25,603 nt of DNA from the IMG/VR virus record IMGVR_UViG_3300020403_000078, positions 1-25,603 of that record. The stretch is one strand, 5' to 3'. The DNA comes from a virus (Duplodnaviria; Caudoviricetes). Under the pieces are notes generated by a model. That model saw nothing but the letters and a program-made list of their open reading frames with translations. It searched no databases and had not been told where the DNA came from. Below, one piece after another: positions 7,735-18,300 of this stretch (positions are counted from its first letter, which is position 1; the number at the start of each line of letters is the position of its first letter). Both the position numbers and the translations under genes were made by a program.

Positions 7735-9294
7735 TTAGAATTCCAGTACTATTTTGATATCTTCTTTTTGTCTTGGGTTTCTCGAAACACGAGGTCTATT
7801 ATCCAAATAGATAATCTGTCCCGATCCTTTATTTATCTCAGGAGCAGAAACCCCGTTGGTAAACTGAACATCCAGATTAACGTTTTTCGATGAGGTAACT
7901 TGAGTTGTAATCCCCGTGAAACTTCCATCAATAGTTCCACTAAAACTATTAGATGAAGTAATAGTTCCACCACCTGCTGCTCTGAAATCAATCTTCAGAG
8001 CATCACTATTCACTGTCTTTGCATCTTTCTGATCATATGATCCACTGTTAAAATAAAGTGATCTGTCTTGGAAATACTTAAGAACCTGTGTTTCATCATC
8101 ATATGCTGCAATGTATCCAGTTGCAGTTCCAATACCGGTTACAGTTTGGAAGATTTGATTTCCTGGAATTGCATCTTCTGGAGTAGCAACAGAAGTCAAC
8201 TTCAAACCTTTTAAATTAGAAAACTTATTTTCACTAAAGATTGTACTTGCAGATCCAATTTGAGTTGGATTTTTAATAATTCCAATTTGAGCGAATCTAG
8301 TATCTAAAGGAAAATCTTTAGTTGAGTCATCAAAACGAGCATATACTAAAACGCGATCAGTTCCTAACTCTTCATAAATGTTGTAACCATGTCCCCTAGA
8401 AGGTGGAATGATTGGAATAAGATTTGCAAATCCTGTGGATCCTGAGTTGATTGTAGAAAGATCAATTCTTCCATAAGAATAATTTTTTCCACCAGATGAA
8501 ACTGTAACATCTGTAATCTTTCCACCCGTTACATCAACAACAACTCTACCACCTTCACCATCACCTAAGATATCTAATTCTGCCTCAGTAGAATTATATC
8601 CAGATCCTTGATTTTCGATATATACGGTTTTAATTTGATTTTCATTTACAAGAGAATCACCATTCTCTCTCATTGCAATGATTTGAGTATCAGTGCTATC
8701 TTCCCAATCGTTTGGAACTGGAATATACTCAATGGAGTCAAACTTAATAATATCGCTTGGAGAAACTGTAAATAAGTATTTCCAAATATATCCATCGCCA
8801 CTTTCACCTGCTCTGGATGGTTCCAAATCAACAAACGTTGGTTCATCTTGAGAAAAGTTTCCAGATCTGTTTTCTGAAGAAGAACCATTTTCGATACAAA
8901 TATAGACTCTAAAGTCTTTATTCATTACATAATAATTTGCATCATATAGTCTAGCAGAGTTTGTCTGTGGTGATGGATTCGTGACACTATAATCATGTCT
9001 GTACATCTCATATACAGTGCCTTCTTTCCAATCAACTCGCCTAACCAGTCTACGAATATCATTCTTGGTAATTTTTTTACCAAAAATCATCGTGTCCTTT
9101 ACATGGGACAGATAATTTAAATTATCAACAGGCGCAGGAGTATTTGTATCCCAAGTATCTGAACGCCCAAATCCAACAATTCCAGGATTGGGGAGACTCA
9201 AGAAGACATAGTAAGAATTGTTCGGATCATTAACCGAATCGACAAAGTTACCTGCGTTTAATATTCTAAACTGATCTGTGACAATGGCAGCCAT
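7735..9294 (-). CDS. gp8: Baseplate wedge subunit, T4 gp8-like (519 aa)
   Basis: DGYIWKYLFTV...EYIPVP, FAQIGIIKNP and the C-terminal SGQIIYLDNRP...QKEDIKIVLEF match T4 gp8 family motifs; follows gp6-gp7. Confidence 0.9.
   Translation of the reverse strand: MAAIVTDQFRILNAGNFVDSVNDPNNSYYVFLSLPNPGIVGFGRSDTWDTNTPAPVDNLNYLSHVKDTMIFGKKITKNDIRRLVRRVDWKEGTVYEMYRHDYSVTNPSPQTNSARLYDANYYVMNKDFRVYICIENGSSSENRSGNFSQDEPTFVDLEPSRAGESGDGYIWKYLFTVSPSDIIKFDSIEYIPVPNDWEDSTDTQIIAMRENGDSLVNENQIKTVYIENQGSGYNSTEAELDILGDGEGGRVVVDVTGGKITDVTVSSGGKNYSYGRIDLSTINSGSTGFANLIPIIPPSRGHGYNIYEELGTDRVLVYARFDDSTKDFPLDTRFAQIGIIKNPTQIGSASTIFSENKFSNLKGLKLTSVATPEDAIPGNQIFQTVTGIGTATGYIAAYDDETQVLKYFQDRSLYFNSGSYDQKDAKTVNSDALKIDFRAAGGGTITSSNSFSGTIDGSFTGITTQVTSSKNVNLDVQFTNGVSAPEINKGSGQIIYLDNRPRVSRNPRQKEDIKIVLEF
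7830..7837 (-). promoter_or_regulatory. Putative internal late promoter GATAAATA in the gp8 3' end
   Basis: ATAAATA core (cyanophage late consensus NATAAATA) 100 nt upstream of the DUF4815-like start at 7730. Confidence 0.55.
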
Positions 9295-9312
9295 ATTACT
9301 AGCTTTTTTCTA

Positions 9313-9320
9313 TATTTATA
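9313..9320 (-). promoter_or_regulatory. Late promoter TATAAATA for gp8
   Basis: Perfect consensus in the 28-nt gp7-gp8 gap, about 19 nt upstream of the gp8 ATG. Confidence 0.88.
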
Positions 9321-9322
9321 AG

Positions 9323-12300
9323 TTAATTGGGCAACTCTTTTCTGAGAGCACCAATGTCTCTCAGTCCAAATCCACGTCTTTGGAGTGATGGGAATGTTGA
9401 TAATCCAGTATCAACACTCAATCCTGTAACAGCAACTGAAATTGATCCAGATGATCTTGTAAATCCTGCCAATCTACCCCAGGAGAATCTTCCAGCAAAA
9501 TCACTTGAGATTGCAACGATACTATTTGTATCAGTTGTAGAGAGAATGTTACTGGTAATAATTCCGGTGAATGCGTTCTTTGATACCGCATGTACATAGT
9601 ATATATTATCAACAAATGTCGATCCAATACCAACAATCGAACTATCTTGACTATCGATGGAAGTAACTCCCAATCCAACGCCTGTTTGGGTAACTTTAAT
9701 TGGATATCCAACAATCAACTTATCAAAGTCTGCAGTAGTATCGAAAGAAACATCAAATTTGAGTGCCAATGAATTTCCATTAGTACCAACTGTTGTTCCG
9801 ATACCAGTAACAATACCAGCAAATCCATCAACAAATCTAATTCCACTAATCAGTTCTTTCTGAAGACTTGGTAGAGGTGCAATAACTGTTGGTAGTGTTG
9901 TTGATGTATAACCAGCACCAGCAGTTGTTACTGATGTAAGAGTTACAATACCCGCAGAATTAACTGAAGCAGTGGCTTCAGCAAGTTCTTGATCTTGATA
10001 TCTACCAAACTCAAATCCATTTACAAACTCCACAGTGTTTGATGCAGATTTGCTCAGGGTAATATTACCACCATCTGTACCAGCAATGCCAATAATTGTT
10101 GTAGATGTATCTAAGATATTAGGAATTGCTTTCAGTGTTTGACCGATTTCTAAAGATTCAGTATTGATTCCAATTATTACATCAGATCCAATTCCCAAAG
10201 TTCCAACTCTATCGATAATATCTGCTTTAAATACAGTTCCAATACCACCAACTGGTTTTCCAATTCTTAAGGTTACAGTTGATGATGGAGAATAACCACT
10301 TCCACCACTAATTACATCGATCGATGAAATTGTACCAAGTCCAGATACCGTTGCTGATAAACCAGCAGCAACTGGATCTTGATTGCCAATCAATAAAGCA
10401 TTAACATCTTGAATCTCAATAGTTGATTCATTTTCTTCATAGTTAAAGAACTGTGCATCATCTACGAAGATTTCAGTATCATCAGAAGCAAAATCTTTTA
10501 TAATCTTGGCAGTTGGGAATACCATTCCCTCAAGTGAATCTCTTGCCTTGGATTCGACTAAGTCATTAATAAAGAGATCTCTCTTTTGCTTAGTCCAATC
10601 GACTGGTTTGTAATTGGTATCATCAATACCATCACCAAGATAAATTCCAGTCTCAACAATATCAGAAGAAACAATACTACTTACAATTCTTGGTGTTTGG
10701 CTAACGGTTGTTGAGTTTCCATCATTCTTGAGAATATGGAGATTATCTCCTGGTTTAACAGTTTCGGCAACATCAACTTGTAAACTATCAATGTTTCTAG
10801 TTCCTCTATAGAAGAAGATATCAACCTTATCATCTTGCTTAGGTGCCTCAGTGAAACTAAACGTTGTACCACCATCGAAGGTATAAGAAACTTTTGGTTC
10901 CTGCATTACACCGTTGAGGTAAATCAACAGAACAGCATCAAAATCAATTAATGATGATCTTACGTCCGAAGTATTCTTCTGGAAACTTAGAAGTTGATTA
11001 TTGAAGAATAGTGGGAATCTCTTTCTCTTGCCATCTTGTAAAATCTTAATGCTATCAATATAATCAAATTCTCCCAGTTGGATTGATGAGAATGAATCTG
11101 AGAATACTTCAGATACCGTAAATCTTAGAGGATCTACTACACTAATTAACTTATAATCTGTAACTAGACCAACAGGTTCGAATACATCACCCAATCTATA
11201 TGAATATCCTGGTTTTGTAATTTGATATTCACTAACTTCGAAGAAACTAGTTCCAATGCCAACAGTATTTGGATTTGGTGATAAATCAAATGTCATTGAT
11301 AAACCAACACCCGTTTGTGATGTGTTACCAAGACCCAATCTGGATACACCAGTAAATCCTAGATTTTCATATGCAGGATCATCAACAGTGATTACTGGGT
11401 TTACATAATTACTGCCACCATCACTGATAGTAAAGAATAGTGATCCACCAGTATGTGCAGGTGAATATCCAACATTTAGTGTGAAGGTGTTAGCATCAGT
11501 AACAGTGACAGCAGTTGTTACGCCAGCAATAGGATCAGATCCAGGGCGAGGGTATGGATGTAAAGTTTGGAAGTTATCTCTTGCACAACTGAATACGATA
11601 GAGTTAGCATCTAAAGTGATAGTGTCACTTGTGGATAAACCATGAGAAGCAACAGTTAATGTTAGAATTCCTGTTTCTGGATCATAAGTTGCATTAGTTG
11701 GTGTTTTTTCATTTCCACTTTCAGAACCACTCTGAACATTAACGGCATTTGCAGATGCAGATTCGAATCTATGTGAGTTGGCAACAACTTCTGCAGTAAT
11801 TACAGCACCTGTACCAGCACCACCACCTACTCCAACATTAACCGAGAGAGTATCTGCATCAATTACAGTGATTGCCAGGTTTACTGCACCACCAGCTGGA
11901 TCTGTCGCTCTTGGATAGGTATGCTCTGTAGCATGATCATCTCTTGAGCAAGTGAATACAAATGAATCCTCAACCAACTGTACGTTACCACTACTTCTTC
12001 CGTGAGATGGAATTGTTAGTGTAAGAGTACCACTGAGTGAATCGTAAACGGCATTTGTTGGTGTGAATGGTCCACCAGTTCCAGTAACAGCACCTGTATT
12101 TGCTCTTACAAATTTGTGCTCATAGATTTCATCAGTAACAGCAACTCCAACTTGTCCCCTGTATCCAGATCCAAAGTTTTGTCTGTTATCATTAAAGTAT
12201 TCGCGAACAGAACCAAGTCCAACATAAGTATGTGGAATTGTAGAAACACCAACGTTTGTTCTAAAAGTAGTTCCTGAAGTAATTCCAAGAATTGGATAAT

Positions 12301-15300
12301 CAAATCCTTGCGTATTGTCGGGGAATGTTGTAGTAGTTACACCAGCATGTGGTGCTGCACAAGCAAATTCTAAATTCTCAAGGAATGCTCTCTGACCAAG
12401 TCCAATAAATCCGTGATTACCATCTGTTGTAATCTCAAGAACACCTGTTACATTGTCATATGATGCTGTGCTAATTGAGTAAACTTTTCTTCCATAAGTT
12501 GGAATTCCAACAATGTTAGAAATAGATTTACCAGCACCAATTTCCGCGTTAACCTGTGCTCCAACCAATGGTGCATAACCCAATCCACCAGTAGAAGCAA
12601 CAGAAATAACAACACCACCTCTAGGAATTTGATTTTGATTTACATCAGAATCAACAATTAGAATCTCATCAGTTCCTGGACGTTTAATTCCTGTAAATGT
12701 TATGCTTGAGATTCCTGCAGATTCACCAAAAGAGTAGTTGTTTCCAACATTATTTGATGTATTTGGTGTTTGGAAGATATCATTAATGAATACAATGTTA
12801 CTTCCTGCCTCAAGACCTATTGCATTTTCTCCTTCATTATAAACACTGAAGGTTCTTCCGATTCCATTAAATCCTAAAGAAATATCATCATAAATTCTGT
12901 TTCCAGTGTAATCTTGGCGTAGATAAACTCTACCATTAAAAGTTGATTTTGGAAGAGCCAATTGGCTGCTATTCAGTCTATCGTTATTACCTTTACCATC
13001 TGGTGCCTCGGTAAAATGAATCTTATTCTCAACAATGTTAAATGCACCTTTGTAAATTCTTGCGGATGAACCATCGGTGTGCGTAGTTGCAGATGTTCCA
13101 ACAAATCCTCTAGTAACATTTACAACAGGAATCGTTCCAATTCCTGTAATCGGTCCGGTTGCAGTTGTTGCCAAACCAACATTGGTAATATTTAAGAATT
13201 CATCATCAATTTTCAGAATGTCTCTTGGTCTAACAGATGAAATACCCGATAATCTCAAGAAAGTTACACCTGCACCAATTGATCCAGTTCCTGTTGGAGT
13301 GTTTTGATCCAGATCAAAAGTAAGTGGGGTATAAGCGATTGGGTATTGGGATACACCATCAATTGTAATGAGTGCTTTCTCCAACTTCTTCTTCATCGTC
13401 AACTTGTGACGATTACCAGAACCCTCACTTGTAAATGTAAATCCAATTCCACTTCCACCAGCAGTTCCAGTTAGTTTAAACTTATCTTTTGATACGCGAA
13501 TAGCATAAACTGTTTCTGGCATAATATCAGTGGTTATACCAGTTGTATATGTCTGTCTAGTGGTAGTTGCAGTTCCTGGATTCGAAATGGTAATACCATA
13601 ATTGATATCATCACTGAAGTAGATTCTGTTATTACCACCAGTAATTACTTCGGTGGAAGTAATAGAATTAAGTCCGACAGAAACAACAGTTCCAACTCCA
13701 ACATTATTACCTGAGAAAATACCAGATCCAACCTTGATTAATCCAGTATTCGCAACACCAGTGATAACAGAAGATCCAGCAGCAACTACGTTACCAACAA
13801 AGAATGTATTGGTTGTCCCAATACCAGTTACAGTTGTGTTAGCAGCAATTGATGGACCAAGAATATTTGCAGTTAATGTGATAAGTGACGTACTTGCTGC
13901 AGAAACACCAGTGATTGTGGAGAATCCAGTAATTAAATCACCAGTGAATACTGTTCCACTTACGGTAGTTGTACCAATACCAACAGATGTTGCTGCAACT
14001 CCAGCAAGAGTTGAGAAAGGTTTGTAAATTAATTCTTCACCAGTCTCGAAGAAGTGATCATCAATACTGAATACACCTGTTGCCTTATCCCAATTTGTGG
14101 TTTGTGTTGGGTTAAAGGTCTTTTGATAGATTGGTATTCCTTTATAGTTTAGATCAAATGCTGTTCTATCCTTACCAAAGTTATTGATAGATCCATAGAA
14201 TGCATTAGTAATCTTCTCGTTTGCATTTCCATATTCCAGTGGATCTGGGAAGTTAAATTGATCTTGCTCAGTGTATATTGTCTGATTGAAGAACTGTACA
14301 GTAACAACATCAGAAGCAAAGGCAGAATCTGGGTGGAATATTAAATTGGCACTGGTTCCGTCTACTTCTGAAGAGAATGTACCGATACCAATGTTAGTGC
14401 CCACAGATAAGAATGGTGATTCCTCAAGAGTAACTCTTGTTTGATCAGAAACTAAGTAAAGATTATGCAGAGAAACAGTGCTTCCTACAGAAACTTTAAC
14501 AAGTGCCTTATGTGAAGATTCGGTTTCTATCGGATATGTAAGAACGGTAGTAATACCAGTTACATTCTCAAATGATGTTCCAAACTTGGCAGTGGTTTCA
14601 GTTCCTGGTAATTGACCATCAACCAAATATCTGTAAGTACCAACACCTGCAGCAGTAGATCCAATACCAACAGTCTTAACTCTTACTGCAACATTATTAG
14701 AACTGTTTTCATTGGTATAATTTAGTTTGATAATACCATTATCAACTACGGTTGTGAAAGTTCCAATACCCGCAGATGAAACGCTGGTATTTGAGGTATC
14801 AAAGAATAACTCAGAAGTATAAGTATTATCCGATGCATCTTTATGTGCAGCAATCTCAAAATAGTTCTGCTCATTAGTTCCAAGATCTACAACGTGAGCA
14901 TATGAATAGAAAGTATCAAACTGATTTGCTAATGCCTCAAATACAGTTGTGCTAGGACCTAAAATTCCATTTCCTGAAGATGGTCCAACAGTTTCTACTT
15001 TTGCATTAATACGCCCAAATCCAAAATCAGTAAATCCAGTTCCAACATTGACATTATTAATGTCAAAATTATCTGTATAGACCTTTAGATTATAGTTAAA
15101 GTTATTTGGATCAACAGGATCAAATCTTAATGCAGGATCTCCACTATCTGCAAATGAACCAACAAAGTCTCCTAATTTTACATCAGTGAATAATGTTGTA
15201 CGATCTAAACTGTATGTGTTGTTAAAATCATTTAGAACAACTATTTCACTTAATTGACTACTAGTTTTATTGTCATCAATTACCTGAACTAAGAACTTAC

Positions 15301-18300
15301 CGTAAAAATTGGTGATTGGATATTCTATAGCAGCAGTAAATGTATCTTTGTTAAATTCAGAACTTGAGAATTGCCCACTAATATCATCTATCTGCAGAAC
15401 TCTATTGGATCTACACTCAACATAGTCAGTCAATCTCTTATTCTTAAATAGAATGAATCTTGAGGAATCTGCTGTTGGATCGTAATCTAGAACCAAATCA
15501 AATGCATTAATGGTATCGACTCTTCTTTCGGAGATAAAGTCCAATACAGGAGATACAAAAGCATCAGAGATAACTGCTCGACTTACTTCTGCTTTAGAAA
15601 GAAACTCAGTATCAGCAAAATTCTTCATCCCAGTTGGGTGAACCATCTTGTTGACAAAATCTCGAATAGTTTGCCACGTTTGTGGACTCTTAATTGTATA
15701 TGAGAGATTTTGGTAATAGTCATTATTTGGCATGACCTGCAGGTCATTATTGAGCATTCCAACATTATCTGCCCAACCATAACGAATCTTATTAACACCA
15801 GAAATTTGATATCTACCAGTATTAGAATCTAAAACGTTAACAGTAGCAGAAACACCAGAAGTTTTACCAAGAATAATATCACCTTCTTTTACTGGATAAT
15901 CACCCAATACTTTAATAAAGTCTTTATACGATGATTGTATAATCAAATTACTATCAATACCATTAACTTGTAATGGTTCCGACATGAAGAATATACTTGG
16001 TTCTAATGTTACACCAAATACTGGATAATTACTCTTATTGATAACTTGAGTGAATTGATTTTGAATTCCAAATGTGGATCCCGTTCCTTCAATATCTCCA
16101 GCATTTTGTGTAAATTCACCAATATTATATTTTAGAATCGCTGGATTGGAATTAATAAACTCAGTAACCTTAAAGAACTGATATGAATTATCCTTAGAAT
16201 TAAATCCATTTCCTGGTGATGAAACAACACCCAAGTTAGATGTTACAACTTTCTTAATGAGACCCTCAACAAAAATTTCATCTCCAGCCTTAAATGGAGG
16301 AGTTGTAAATCCACCAATTGGTGGGGTTGATAATTCTAATTCTACAATACCTGTGGTTTTATTGTAACTAACGATTTTTTCTACAGAAACTCCATTACTA
16401 TTTCTTTCAGTAAAGATACGATGCTCTACATCATCCAATCCCTTTGGTTCATCTAGTATATCAATACTAACAATAGTATTTCCGTCAAAGGATGATGTTA
16501 ATTGTAACGTACCAGAAGATTCTGGTTTTCTGGTGTACATGTTGACAACAGTAACATCTGGTGCAGAAATAAAGTTCTTACCACCACTAATAACCTCAAT
16601 GTTTGTAATTTTATAAGATCCAGACAGTCTAATCAGTTTTGGAACTTCTGCTTGTGGACGAAGAGTTCTATCAATAGAATACTCAAAACCTTCATTAAGA
16701 ATTCTAAACTGATTTAGTTTTCCAATTGTTGTTGTATCTGGGCGAATAACACCATTTGTACCAACGCTTGCGGCAGTTCCTGTTGCAATACCAGTTACTC
16801 TAGGTAGTTTCAGATATTCAGATCCACCATAAAGAATGTTTAATTTGCTGATTGGACCAGATGCATTCTTTGATGTAGTCTTATACTTTAAGGTCTTACA
16901 CTGATCTTGTGTATACTTTAATTTTTCTGGTATAACTGGTAGTGCGACAGAGAAAGTTGTTGCTCCAATACCAAAAACTGAATATTCTCTATTATAACGA
17001 CTGTTTCTGTAAAGAATCTGTGAATAATCAACAACATCAGTATCTGGATCAATGTCTACTCCATCTTTTTCTAAAGTGTAGAATAGTTTTGTTGGAAGAT
17101 CATTACCAAATAAGACTTTATGTGATGTGGTAACACCCGTGTTTGTTACTGATGTTTCGAAAGAAAATTCTGATGTAGATCCAGTAGAAACAAATTCATT
17201 TGATTGTGCATTATCATAGTATAATTTTAAATTATAATCACTAAGAGATGCGTCAGAAACATCAAAGAATAGTGTGTTATTCTTAGTAATATCAATTCTT
17301 GGATTGATCATACTAAGTTCTTGGTTTGCACCACCTGTTGATGCAATACTTACAACTCTTGGTGGGTTAGCAAATACATCAATTTCAGTTTCACCCAACT
17401 GAAGAGTGTTGTCATCAGTTCTGAAAACATAATATGGTCCTGTAGATAATCCACTAGCAACAGATCCATTTAAACCATTATAGAATACCTTATCACCAGT
17501 AACCAATCCATGACTACCCAATCCTAGAGTATTGTTTAGAGTATTGACAGAGGTAGAAGTAAATCCAATGGTATTGACAAGGATTTTATCAAAAGCAGAA
17601 TCGTATTTAATAGAAATTTCAGATAACTCTCTTCTTCCAGCATAAGTATCAGATTCACCATATTGACCCAAAGTTAAATCTGGTACTACATCCAGTGAAA
17701 TACGATCACCAAACTCCAAACCATGGACTGTAGAGATTGATACTTTTGTGGTGATCTGTTTTGCCGTTGCAGTTAGTTCAGATTCCTGAGTTTCGAGGAA
17801 ATATTCATAATTATCAGATGCAGTTGATGTTGGGAAGAATAAACCACCACTATTAGTTGTAAGACCAACCTGTGTTACAATACCAATAAAATCTTTTCCT
17901 TTGTTAATAACATAAACATCTTCAGTTAGACCAGTTTTCGGTAAATTAAATGTGGTACTTGTAGAAGTTATTCCAACGGTTAATGAGTTTGTGGATGATG
18001 GTTTATTGAACTTAAGTTTTTGACCTGTTTTAAACTTATGATTTGGTATATAAATTGCTTGATGTGGAAGAGAAACTGATTTTGGTGATACTCCAACATT
18101 AAAACTTTGCTCATATTCAAATCCAGTGGTAGTACCAATACCAACTGCTTCCACTGGATTAAAGTATGTTTTAAAGTTTTCGAAAGAATCAAAGTTTTCT
18201 GTTTCTACTGGAATAGTAAATGAATCTTCGTAATATGTAATTGTCGATCCAATTGCATGTGTAGTTCCCTCTAATCCCCTCTTAACTCTAAGGACATTAT

